A stretch of 64,000 nucleotides of DNA from an uncultured Acidobacteriota bacterium (GCA_963713825.1 CAVQNG010000005.1:128001-192000), one strand, 5' to 3'. Shown: positions 1 to 8,947, counted from the stretch's first letter. Notes: generated by a model from the letters alone, not told the origin. Made by a program: numbers and translations.

Positions 1-1321
1 CTTCGAAGCGGGTCAACGAATTCTTGTAGAAGAAGCCGGTTGTCGAGTGGGGAGTGGCCTCCAGCGGATCGCCTTCGGTGCGTTGGGTGAAGAGTCGTCC
101 GTCTTTGACGAGCACGGTCCGGACGTTGCCCGCATCGATTCGGTAGATGCCTTGCAGGCGCTCGAGATCAGTGGGTTCAACAGCGATGGCCTTGCGATCG
201 GCAAAGGGATCTCCGAGGACCATGGCGGCGATCTTCAAGCCGACATAGCTGGGATCGGGCTCGTGTGCGGTGTTGTTGGAGAGGACGGCGACGTAGACCT
301 CTCCTTCTGGGATGTAGACACCCAGCGTTTGGAAGCCGAAGATCCCACCACCATGAGTCAAAGCTGGCAGCCCTCGTAGATTCGTCAGGGCCAGGCCGTA
401 GCCGTGGCTGGTCGAGGATCCGTCGTTCAGGACAAATCTCCGAGTCATCTTCTCGAGAGAGGCCGGGTTGAGCAGTCGGCCACCGAATAGCGCCGCGCTC
501 CATCGAGCCAGATCATCGACCGTCGAGAGAAGGGAACCGGCAGCGTAGGGCTGGGTCATGCTGAGTGGGTAGGCGTTGCGAAGTCCGTCGGCGCCCTCGT
601 CGTAGCCGGTGACTCGATTCGGGACAATCTGGGGGCCGCCATAGTAGGTCTGCTGCAGATCGAGTGGCTCGAAGAGCCGCTTCTCCAGGAACTCCGGGTA
701 GCTCATTCCCGAGGCCTTCTCGATAATGGCACCGAGAAGGATGTAGCCCGAGTTGCTATAGCTCCATCGTTCCCCGGGAGAGAACTGCATCGGCTGGTCC
801 TTGAACTGTTCGATGAGCTCCTCGACCGACATGTCGTGGCGGACAGTGGTCTCCATATAGCCGGGAATGCTGGTGTAGCTGAAGATCCCCGACGTGTGCG
901 AGAGCAGATGCTCGATGGTGATGGTGTGACCGTTGGTCGGGTAGTCTGGAAGATAGTCGTTGATGGAGTCAGTGACGGCCAGTTTCCCGTCTTCTTCCAG
1001 CAGTAGGATGGCGGCGGCAGTGAACTGCTTCGTAATCGGGCCGAGGCGAAAGACCATCTCCGGCTCCAGAGGCACTCCCAGCTCCAAGTTGGCGACGCCG
1101 AAGGCACCGCGAAAGACGACCTCGCCTTCTCGGACCGCGATGACTGCCGCCCCTGGTGCCTCATCGGAGTAGACCCCGGCCAGGAAGGTCTCGATCTGTC
1201 GAGCGAGGTCCTCGTCGACTTCCTCGACAGCGCTGACTGGCGTCACCCATAGCAGCGCGACAATCAGAGCGACGCTCAGCGATACTGGGTGTCCTGGTCC
1301 TCGATGCCGATGCCGATACAC
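1..1321 (-). CDS. Serine hydrolase, beta-lactamase/AmpC family, 3' end runs off the window edge; catalytic SxxK reads PxxK
   Basis: Manual translation (not in ORF track): GTG at 1321 after AGGAG, signal-like VALIVALLWV, FRLGPITKQF, LLSHTSG, YSNSGY, HGGGIFGF. Confidence 0.88.
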   Translation of the reverse strand, partial: MYRHRHRGPGHPVSLSVALIVALLWVTPVSAVEEVDEDLARQIETFLAGVYSDEAPGAAVIAVREGEVVFRGAFGVANLELGVPLEPEMVFRLGPITKQFTAAAILLLEEDGKLAVTDSINDYLPDYPTNGHTITIEHLLSHTSGIFSYTSIPGYMETTVRHDMSVEELIEQFKDQPMQFSPGERWSYSNSGYILLGAIIEKASGMSYPEFLEKRLFEPLDLQQTYYGGPQIVPNRVTGYDEGADGLRNAYPLSMTQPYAAGSLLSTVDDLARWSAALFGGRLLNPASLEKMTRRFVLNDGSSTSHGYGLALTNLRGLPALTHGGGIFGFQTLGVYIPEGEVYVAVLSNNTAHEPDPSYVGLKIAAMVLGDPFADRKAIAVEPTDLERLQGIYRIDAGNVRTVLVKDGRLFTQRTEGDPLEATPHSTTGFFYKNSLTRFE

Positions 1322-1382
1322 GAACTCACTCCTGGAGTTGCAGGAGTATACCGATCTCGTGGCCACAGACCGAAGCGGGGAG

Positions 1383-2921
1383 CTATTTCCAGTTCAGCCG
1401 CAGCTTGCCGGTCGGCAACCAGCCGACTTTCAGACGCCGGGTCTGGCCCGACGAGAAGAAGGTGTCGGTCTGTCGTCTCGCATCGACCTTGCCTTCCGCA
1501 CCGGAGATTCGTATTTCGAGCCGCCGCTCGCCGGGTCGGACTGGAATCGACAGGCGTACATCTTCACCCGACACCCTCTTGGCAAACCCTTTGGGCGCGG
1601 CGAGAGGCCTGGAAGCTACCCGCTCTCCGTCGATCCAGACAGTCAGCCACCCCTTTTTGAGACGATTGGTGTGAAGGATTTCGAGATGGGCATTGGCGGC
1701 TCTTGCGCGGTTGGAGTCGCCTGGCTGTTGCGCCGAGGAGTCATCGGGAGTGGGTGGTGGGACGGCTGCCCCTGCCGGCACGATGTCCGAGTCGGAAGTG
1801 CTCGGCCCAGGAGACTCAGGGAGCGCGAGGTCGTCGTTTGCCGTGATCGCTTGGGTCTCGGGGGGTAGGGCGGGTTTTCGACTCTGAATGCGAAGACCGA
1901 CCAGGAGAACCAGGATGGCTGCCATCAGGAAGGCCGCGAGGCCGGGCAGGGCCTGAACGAGACGACCGCCGGGCTGCCGACGGGGCAACGCGAACTGGCC
2001 AGGTGGAGGAGCGGGCAGTGTCTGATCGGGTGACAGAACGCTGGTCCGAGTTACCTCCACGCCATCAGCGAGCGGCTCTGCACCGGTGGATTCGGCAAGA
2101 GCCTGGGCCAGGCCGGCGGCATTGGAGAAGCGCTCTTCGCGATCCTTGGCCAGCAACCGCATGACGATCGCTTCCAACTGCTCTGAAACGTGAGGGCAAA
2201 GCTCGCGGACCGGCTTGGGGTCGGCGATCATGACCTTGTGGGTCACGGAGGGAAGACTGTCGCCGGCGAAGGGTGCCTCACCGGTCAGACACTGGTAGAG
2301 GACCACGCCGAGTGAGAAGAGATCGGAGCGACCGTCAAGATCGTCGTCCCTGATCTGCTCCGGCGACATGAAGAGAGGAGTGCCGAGGACCTGGCCCGTG
2401 GTGGTGAGCTCCAGGTCGTCGAGCTTGGCAATCCCGAAGTCGGAGAGCTTGGCACGGCCCTGGCGATCGATGAGGATATTGGCCGGCTTGACGTCGCGGT
2501 GAATGAGGCCCTGGCGATGGGCGGCATCCAACGCACCTGCTACCTGCCGAACGATGGCCACGGCCTCGGTGTCGGGCAGGGGACCTCCCGCCGACAACCG
2601 ATCTCGGAGGCTGGTGCCATCGACCCACTCCATGGCGATGAAGGAGTCACCCGTTACAGGGTCGACGTCGGCGTCGTAGATGGCGACGGCGGAAGGGTGG
2701 TCGAGACGGGCGGCGGCGGTGGCCTCGACCAGGAACCGCTTTTCGATCGCGTCCACCATGCCTTGGCTGGTGGGGTTGCGAGGATCCAGGACCTTGAGGG
2801 CTACCTTGCGGCCGATGTTGGGGTCGATAGCCAGATAGACCCTGGCCATGGAGCCTCGGCCCAGCTCGGAGAGGATCCGGTAGCGTCCGATGGTTCTGGC
2901 GTCTGGCTGTGTCTCCGACAT
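1383..2921 (-). CDS. Ser/Thr protein kinase with one TM helix and a small C-terminal extracytoplasmic domain
   Basis: GRGSMARV, VALK, HRDVKPAN, DFG, GTPLFMSPEQ; TM LAAFLMAAILVLLVGL; start placed at MSETQP (ORF track extends to 2975). Confidence 0.92.
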   Translation of the reverse strand: MSETQPDARTIGRYRILSELGRGSMARVYLAIDPNIGRKVALKVLDPRNPTSQGMVDAIEKRFLVEATAAARLDHPSAVAIYDADVDPVTGDSFIAMEWVDGTSLRDRLSAGGPLPDTEAVAIVRQVAGALDAAHRQGLIHRDVKPANILIDRQGRAKLSDFGIAKLDDLELTTTGQVLGTPLFMSPEQIRDDDLDGRSDLFSLGVVLYQCLTGEAPFAGDSLPSVTHKVMIADPKPVRELCPHVSEQLEAIVMRLLAKDREERFSNAAGLAQALAESTGAEPLADGVEVTRTSVLSPDQTLPAPPPGQFALPRRQPGGRLVQALPGLAAFLMAAILVLLVGLRIQSRKPALPPETQAITANDDLALPESPGPSTSDSDIVPAGAAVPPPTPDDSSAQQPGDSNRARAANAHLEILHTNRLKKGWLTVWIDGERVASRPLAAPKGFAKRVSGEDVRLSIPVRPGERRLEIRISGAEGKVDARRQTDTFFSSGQTRRLKVGWLPTGKLRLNWK

Positions 2922-3096
2922 CAATCGCCACTGCCATGGGCACACCCCAGGCATCAGGCCTGAAGTGCTCTCCACGGTCCACGACGATGATCGCTCCGAC
3001 CGCCTGTTGCGGCAATGATGTCTGTCACTGCCGTGTTAGTTCCATCCAAATAGCCACGCCGAATCCTGGGCGCCAGTTCCCGAGAAAGAAATCGAC

Positions 3097-3159
3097 CAAG
3101 GGGTCTCCTGAGTCTGCGGCCTCACCCGACCATGCCCCTCCGACTCAGGAGACCCCTTG
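3097..3159. repeat. Perfect 18-bp inverted repeat with 27-nt spacer
   Basis: CAAGGGGTCTCCTGAGTC (3097-3114) / GACTCAGGAGACCCCTTG (3142-3159). Confidence 0.9.
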
Positions 3160-3184
3160 CCCGATCTGGCACCGTCGGTGCCAG

Positions 3185-3346
3185 AGGCCCGTCCGGGTGG
3201 CTCGCAGGGGGACGGCGTCGGCTACTCGGACTGCGACGGGTGGGCCGCCACCTAGTCTCGTCATCGCGTCTGATCTGTCTTGCCCTTCGATAGTCCTTGC
3301 GCTGCGCTCGACTCGGCACCTCTTGTCGAACCACCCGAACGAACCT
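3185..3346 (-). repeat. Module A structured repeat, copy 1 (162 bp)
   Basis: Aligns with 6891-7052, 31198-31359 and (inverted) 47220-47380; imperfect terminal inverted repeats. Confidence 0.92.
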
Positions 3347-3360
3347 GTGGCACCTCTGGT

Positions 3361-3390
3361 GGCAGTAAGGCAGTAAGGCAGTAAGGCAGT
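3361..3390 (+). repeat. Octamer tandem repeat (GGCAGTAA)x3.75
   Basis: ggcagtaaggcagtaaggcagtaaggcagt read directly. Confidence 0.9.
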
Positions 3391-3449
3391 GGGGCAACGA
3401 GGGCTCAGAGGCGTAAGGGCCTAAGGGCCCCGTGATCCAGCGACATCCA

Positions 3450-3527
3450 GGGTTCGGCGTGGGGACCTCCATGGGGGTTCTTGCAGCGGAAGGGAGGATA
3501 GCCCCCTGGGGGCCCCGCGTCGGACCC
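3450..3527 (+). repeat. Module B hairpin repeat, copy 1 (78 bp)
   Basis: GGGTTCGGCGTGGGGACCTCC...GGGGGCCCCGCGTCGGACCC; near-identical to 7089-7166 and 31431-31507. Confidence 0.92.
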
Positions 3528-3576
3528 TCCGACCATCAGGGTTGATAGCCCAGGACCCAGGTCCCCTGCCCAGGGT

Positions 3577-3671
3577 CTCAAGCCCTCAAAGACCGACCGC
3601 GCGAAGCGCAGGTCGCTTCAACCCCCAAGCCCTCAAGGAACGGACGGACGAAGTCCGGATGCCTCAACCCC
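3577..3671 (-). repeat. Module C mini-array (TTGAGGGCTTGGGGGTTGA repeat plus hairpin spacers), inverted relative to the other loci
   Basis: TTCAACCCCCAAGCCCTCAA at 3617-3636 plus partial units at 3579-3590 and 3663-3671. Confidence 0.85.
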
Positions 3672-3760
3672 GGAGGTTCCTGCAGTAGAATGGTGTGCAG
3701 ATAACTTTGCAGGACGACGGGGACTGGCACGGATGTGAGGTGTGCCCCGAAGGGAGATTC

Positions 3761-6739
3761 ATGCTCGGCAAAACGCTGGCTCACTACAAAATCCTCGAGA
3801 AGATCGGCGAAGGCGGCATGGGCGAGGTCTACCTCGCCGAGGACACCAAGCTCAAACGACAGGTGGCCCTGAAGGTTTTGCCGGTCGAGATGGCGTCGGA
3901 CGAGGCGCGGCTCGAGCGCTTCCAGCGCGAAGCCGAGACCGTGGCTGCCTTGGATCATCCCAACATCGTCACCATGTACTCGGTGGAGGAGGACCAGGGC
4001 GTCCACTTTCTCACCATGAGTTACATCGACGGCAAGCGGCTGGATCAGATCGTGCCGGAGGGAGGCCTCTCGCTGGATCGGATCTTCGACATCGCCGTGC
4101 CTTTGGCCGATGCCCTGAGTGCCGCCCACGAGAAGGGCATTACACACAGGGACCTCAAGCCGGCCAACATCATGGTGAACGAGGAGGGCCGGGTGAAGGT
4201 CCTCGATTTCGGCTTGGCCAAATTGCATGAGGGCAGCCCGGTAGCCGCAGGGGAGGACGAGCCGACCAGGGCTCTGACGCAGGAAGGGCTTGTTGTGGGG
4301 ACGGTGCCATACATGTCACCTGAGCAGGTGGAAGGAAAGGGTGTCGATCAGAGAACCGACATCTTCTCTTTCGGAATCCTGCTCTATGAGATGGCCACCG
4401 GCCGGCGGCCTTTCGGCGGCGAGAATTCCGCCCAGGTGGTCTCGGCGCTGCTGCGAGACGATCCTCCTTCGGTGGCAGAAGTGAAGGCTGATCTACCTTT
4501 TCACCTGAGTCGAATCGCCAGGCATTGCCTGGAGAAGGACCCCAAGAAGCGCTTCCAATCAGCCCTCGATCTGCGCAACGAGCTCGAGACCTTGAGGCAA
4601 GAGGTAGCTTCGGGGCAGATCCGACCGGCCAGCAGCTCGACCGTCATGGCGGCCCAACCCCAGGCTGGGAAGCCGAAGTGGCTCTGGCCTGCAGTGGCTG
4701 CCGGCGCGTTGCTTCTCCTGATCGTCGGATGGATGGTGATGCGTGGTGGAACCGAGTCGGGCACAGGCGGCGCTGGTACCGAAGCCGGTGCCGATGCGAA
4801 GCCATCGGTGGCGGTGCTCTATTTCGACAATCTCACCGGCGACGAAGACATGAACTGGTTGCGCACAGGGCTGGCCGACATGCTGGTGACCGACCTGTCG
4901 CAGCTGACAGGCGTGCGCGTCGTCGGTACCGATCGCGTTTACCAGATCCTCAAGGATCTCGACATGCTGGACGAGTCGATCACCTCGGCGGAGACGGTCC
5001 AGGAAGTCGCCGACCAGGCCGACGTCAAGACGGTGCTGCTCGGCAGCTTCGTCAAGGTCGGGGACACCCTGCGCATCAACGTCAAGGTCCAAGATGCCGA
5101 CACAGGCGAGATCATCGGCACCGAGCGTGCCGAAGGGCCTGGAGGGGACAACCTCTTCGCCCTCGTGGACAGCCTCAGCACCAGCCTGCGGGGGCGTTTT
5201 GAGAGCTCGGGCTCTGCTCCCCTCGATGGCGATCAGGATCTGATGGATGTGACAACGGCCTCGCTGGAGGCCTATCGCTATTACTCCGAAGGCGTGCACC
5301 TGGCCGACCTGGACAAGAACGAGGAAGCTCTTGCTTTGCTGGAGAAGTCCGTGGAGTTGGACCCTGGATTCGCCATGGCCCTGCGTAAACTGGCGGTGGT
5401 GCTCAGCAACGAGAACCGGGAAGAAGAATCTCAAGAGTACTCACGACGAGCTGTCGAGAACTCGGACCGCTTGCCGGCGAAAGAGAAATACCTGGTCGAG
5501 GCCTACCACTACTCGGACTATCCGACGACCATGAACAAGGGAGTCGAGGCCTATCAGAATCTGATCGAGATCGAACCGGACAACTTCACGGCGTTGCACA
5601 ATCTCGCGTTGCAATTCGCTCAAATGGAGCGTTGGGACGAGGCGGTGTCGCTCTTTGAGAGGGCGGCTTCCGCCGGCGACGATTTCCAGTTTCTGTACCA
5701 CAACATGGCCAATTCCTATGGCCATTTGGGACGGGTGACAGAAGCCCGTCATTCGTACGAACGGTTGCGGCAGATCGAGCCGGAGAGCGTCGTTGCCCTA
5801 TTCGGCGAGGGCTTCTTCGAACTTGGGTGGGGAGATCCGACACGGGCCCTCGAACTGTTCACGCAAGCCGAGGAGCTTCGTCCGGGTACGTTTCCCGGTG
5901 GAGCTGGACCTGTCAATGCCAACATCCTCCTCGAACGGTGGGACGACGCAACGAGCTACGCTCAGAAGATGGCCGCGTCGAACCGGCCGGCCGTGAGAAG
6001 GCAGGGTCTGGCGGGGCTTGCGCGGGTGGCGATCTATCAGGGTCATTCCAAGGACTCAGTGGAGCTCATGACCTCGAGGCTCGAGGAGCACCCCGAGACG
6101 GACGTGGTGCGGGCCGACCTGCAAAACGATCTTGCCTTCACTCTGGTGAGCCTCGGCAATACCTCGCGGGCAGCAGAGATGTTCGACGAGGCTGCCGAGA
6201 TGACTGCGGACACCTGGCAGGAGTTTGCCTCGAATCTGGGTCTGACGATTGCGTGGGCGCAGCAAGGTGAAACGACGGCTGCCAGAGCGGCAGCAGATCG
6301 AGCGCTGCAGCTCGTCGACTCGATTCCGAGTCAGTGGCCTGAAAGGATGAGACTCGTGTTGAGCGGGGTTATCGCTCTGGGTGAGGAGGACTTCGATCTC
6401 GCCATCACCGAGCTCGAGTCTGCCGAGGCCATGATGCCCGAGCACGCCGCCTACGACAACCAGATAACCAATATCCGCTTCTATCTGGCGGCAGCCTACA
6501 TGGGCGCCGGAGATGGGCAGAGGGCCGCCGAGCAGCTGCAGAAGATCATCGAATCCGAGGCGAAGCGGGTTTTCCGGCCAGAGATGTATGTCCGCAGCTA
6601 CTATCTCCTCGGGCAGATCGCCCTGGAGCGTGGCGACCTCGAGGAGGCCCGGACCTACTACCAGCGCTTCCTCGACCACTGGGCCGACGGCGACCTCGAC
6701 CGCGACCGGGTGGCCCAGGCCAAGCGGGTGGTCGGCTGA
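3761..6739 (+). CDS. Ser/Thr kinase - TM - TolB-N/FlgO-like domain - TPR repeats
   Basis: [33 protein letters not shown]; SVAVLYFDN; TPR-like helices; ATG 3761 after AGGGAG. Confidence 0.95.
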   Translation: MLGKTLAHYKILEKIGEGGMGEVYLAEDTKLKRQVALKVLPVEMASDEARLERFQREAETVAALDHPNIVTMYSVEEDQGVHFLTMSYIDGKRLDQIVPEGGLSLDRIFDIAVPLADALSAAHEKGITHRDLKPANIMVNEEGRVKVLDFGLAKLHEGSPVAAGEDEPTRALTQEGLVVGTVPYMSPEQVEGKGVDQRTDIFSFGILLYEMATGRRPFGGENSAQVVSALLRDDPPSVAEVKADLPFHLSRIARHCLEKDPKKRFQSALDLRNELETLRQEVASGQIRPASSSTVMAAQPQAGKPKWLWPAVAAGALLLLIVGWMVMRGGTESGTGGAGTEAGADAKPSVAVLYFDNLTGDEDMNWLRTGLADMLVTDLSQLTGVRVVGTDRVYQILKDLDMLDESITSAETVQEVADQADVKTVLLGSFVKVGDTLRINVKVQDADTGEIIGTERAEGPGGDNLFALVDSLSTSLRGRFESSGSAPLDGDQDLMDVTTASLEAYRYYSEGVHLADLDKNEEALALLEKSVELDPGFAMALRKLAVVLSNENREEESQEYSRRAVENSDRLPAKEKYLVEAYHYSDYPTTMNKGVEAYQNLIEIEPDNFTALHNLALQFAQMERWDEAVSLFERAASAGDDFQFLYHNMANSYGHLGRVTEARHSYERLRQIEPESVVALFGEGFFELGWGDPTRALELFTQAEELRPGTFPGGAGPVNANILLERWDDATSYAQKMAASNRPAVRRQGLAGLARVAIYQGHSKDSVELMTSRLEEHPETDVVRADLQNDLAFTLVSLGNTSRAAEMFDEAAEMTADTWQEFASNLGLTIAWAQQGETTAARAAADRALQLVDSIPSQWPERMRLVLSGVIALGEEDFDLAITELESAEAMMPEHAAYDNQITNIRFYLAAAYMGAGDGQRAAEQLQKIIESEAKRVFRPEMYVRSYYLLGQIALERGDLEEARTYYQRFLDHWADGDLDRDRVAQAKRVVG

Positions 6740-6759
6740 TCCTCCCACCCGCCCACCCT

Positions 6760-6855
6760 GGGGTTTGAAGCGACCGTCGTACCTCCGGACGGCCTTTGAG
6801 GGCTTGGGGGGTTGAGCCAGCTGCCGTGCATCCAGCTGGCCTTTGAGGGCTTGGG
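6760..6855 (+). repeat. Module C mini-array
   Basis: TTGAGGGCTTGGGGGGTTGAG at 6796-6816, TTGAGGGCTTGGG at 6843-6855; hairpin spacers. Confidence 0.85.
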
Positions 6856-6890
6856 TCCTGGGCCTTGAGCAACGGACTGATATCTCATAG

Positions 6891-7052
6891 AGGTCCGTCC
6901 GGGTGGCTCGCAGGGGGACGGCGTCGGCTACTCGGACTGCGATGGGCGGGCCGCCACCTTGTCTCGTCATCGCGCCTCATCTTCTGTGCTCTGCGATAGC
7001 TCTTGCGCTGCGCTCGACTCGGCACCCCCTGTCGAACCACCCGAACGAACCT
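6891..7052 (-). repeat. Module A structured repeat, copy 2 (162 bp)
   Basis: AGGTCCGTCCGGGTGGCTCGCAGGGGG...CCCCCTGTCGAACCACCCGAACGAACCT. Confidence 0.92.
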
Positions 7053-7088
7053 ATGGCTCCGATGAGGGCCTGCGGGAGCAGGGGTCCG

Positions 7089-7166
7089 GGGTTCGGCGTG
7101 GGGACCTCCACGGGGGTTCTTGCAGCGGAAGGGAGGATAGCCCCCTGGGGGCCCCGCGTCGGACCC
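7089..7166 (+). repeat. Module B hairpin repeat, copy 2
   Basis: Differs from copy 1 at about one position. Confidence 0.92.
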
Positions 7167-7308
7167 CCCCACGAGGTTGCGGTCTTCTGCCCAGGGTGCG
7201 CGGGGCTCGCGAACCACCCGGACGGACCTTCCTGCAGTGAGGCCTCTGCAATTGCGCGGTTGCCGTTTTCCGGGTACCGTCGGGCCTACTGACAACGAGG
7301 TGACGATC

Positions 7309-8088
7309 ATGGCGAGCAATCCTGTTGATTCTTCGAAATTCACTGCACTTTCAGGCTGCATAGCTCTTCTGCTGGGGTTGCTGCTTCTACCTGCGGCGGC
7401 CGGTGCCCTGGGCCTGGAGCTGGAGGCGCGTTATTGGGCGCCAGATCTCTCGGGCAGTGCAAGCCTCGAGGACTTTCCGGATATCGGACTCGATGTCGGG
7501 GATTTGCTGGGTATGAGCGCGGACGCCGTGCCGGAGGCGCGGCTGACCTTCCGGCCCTTCCTGGGGATCTTCGCGCGCGGTACCTATTCCAAATTCTCCA
7601 ACTCGGGGGAGACGGGCTTCGGTCTCGGGGACTTTCCCATCGATCTAGACGCCCGTATCACCAGCAGCCTCGACTTCGACTACTACCGTCTGGGCCTGGG
7701 TTGGCAGTTCGTGACACCGAAGAAGACCCTGCGGATCGGCCCCTACGTCGAAGCCAAGGGGCTGTCGGGAGATGCGTCCATCGGCCTGAGCTCGAGGGTC
7801 CTGGATTGGACCGAGTCCGAGAGCTTCGATGCAGTCTTCGGTTCCGTTGGGGGGCTGCTGGAGATCCAGCCAACTGACAAGTTTCAGATTTTCGCCGACG
7901 CTTCGGTGCTGGTCGGCGAAGATGACGCGGACTTTCTCGACGCCGAGTTGGGCGCTCGCTTCTATCCCATCTACATGGTCGGCATCGGTCTGGGCTACCG
8001 TCTCATCGAAGTCGACGGTCTGGTCGACAACATCAAGATGGACCTCGACTTCAAGGGGTTCTTCGGTAGCCTCGTCCTTCGCTTCTAG
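7309..8088 (+). CDS. Outer-membrane beta-barrel protein
   Basis: Signal peptide, alternating amphipathic strands, C-terminal Phe (GFFGSLVLRF); ATG 7309 after GAGGTG. Confidence 0.8.
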   Translation: MASNPVDSSKFTALSGCIALLLGLLLLPAAAGALGLELEARYWAPDLSGSASLEDFPDIGLDVGDLLGMSADAVPEARLTFRPFLGIFARGTYSKFSNSGETGFGLGDFPIDLDARITSSLDFDYYRLGLGWQFVTPKKTLRIGPYVEAKGLSGDASIGLSSRVLDWTESESFDAVFGSVGGLLEIQPTDKFQIFADASVLVGEDDADFLDAELGARFYPIYMVGIGLGYRLIEVDGLVDNIKMDLDFKGFFGSLVLRF

Positions 8089-8206
8089 TGAGGCGCGCCC
8101 TACCTGAAAGAGTGCGGGCTTTCGCCGTTCTCAGTAGATCGACTCTGATCTGCCCGAGGCCGGTGCCCACCGGCCCAACGCCGCGATGCACTGAGTTCGT
8201 GCTGGA

Positions 8207-8863
8207 TCAGACGAAGGACGCGATCTCTGGCGATTCGACAATCTCGCAACCAGGTCGCTCGGCCTTGGCAGATTCGACCATGACGCGGGCGACTGTCTCG
8301 GCTGGTACCCCTCGGTACCTTCGCGGAGCTGCCTTGAGCAGGACTTCGTAGAACTGCTCGGCCAGTCGGGGCTCCTTGCGTTCGCCCACTAGCAAGGATG
8401 GCCGGAGATAGGTCAGGCCTCGGTAGCCGATTTCCGAGATCGCTGCCTCCAGCTCGCCTTTGATCTTCAGATAGAAGACCCGTCCCTCGGGATCGGCCCC
8501 CAGAGAGCTCACGAGCACGAGGTGCTGTGCTCCGGCATCGAGAGCGGCTCGCGCAATGGCGAGGGGATAGTCGAAATCCACCCGGCGGAAGTTCTCCTGG
8601 CTTCCGGCTTTGGCGATCGTCGTGCCCAGGGCGCTGAATACGTGATCGACCCGTAGTCTTCCCATGAACTGGCCGAGTTGCTCGAAGTCGACGATCCGCT
8701 GATCGAGCTTCGGGTGCGAGACCACGGTGCCGAGCGGTCGCCTGGTCAACGCGACGACCTTCTTGTAGTAGGGATCAGCCAGCAGCAGGTCCAGGCAATG
8801 AGAGCCGACGAGGCCGGTGGGTCCACAGAGTAGCGCGGTTCGTCCTTCCGCCAGGTCGTTCAT
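8207..8863 (-). CDS. NAD(P)-binding oxidoreductase, YraR/TIP30-like atypical SDR
   Basis: GPTGLVG Rossmann motif, ALGTTIAKAGS, VSSLGAD, RPSLLVG. Confidence 0.88.
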   Translation of the reverse strand: MNDLAEGRTALLCGPTGLVGSHCLDLLLADPYYKKVVALTRRPLGTVVSHPKLDQRIVDFEQLGQFMGRLRVDHVFSALGTTIAKAGSQENFRRVDFDYPLAIARAALDAGAQHLVLVSSLGADPEGRVFYLKIKGELEAAISEIGYRGLTYLRPSLLVGERKEPRLAEQFYEVLLKAAPRRYRGVPAETVARVMVESAKAERPGCEIVESPEIASFV

Positions 8864-8869
8864 GCAGCG

Positions 8870-8875
8870 ATTGTA
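8870..8875 (-). promoter_or_regulatory. -10 element TACAAT, 6 nt upstream of ATG (leaderless)
   Basis: TACAAT-cgctgc-ATG, no Shine-Dalgarno. Confidence 0.6.
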
Positions 8876-8947
8876 GCTCTAGCTCGGATTGCCCGGCATG
8901 GAGCAGTCCTCACTGGACACCGGTCTTGTTGCCGAACCATCTGCGTC

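Noticed and set aside
47-1164. ORF-track calls in the first 1.2 kb
   Set aside because: They are shadows of the minus-strand serine hydrolase, which the track missed because it has no stop inside the window.
3122-3472. Recurrent ORFs containing RRDDETRWRP (also 6885-7361 and 31057-31347) as a small protein family
   Set aside because: They are translations of module A; starts, stops and frames differ between copies and copy 4 does not keep the peptide.
3450-3527. Module B as SRP (4.5S) RNA because of CAG..CGGAAGGGAG
   Set aside because: It lacks the full CAGG-stem-GGAA-stem-AGCA helix 8 geometry and occurs in three copies inside repeat clusters.
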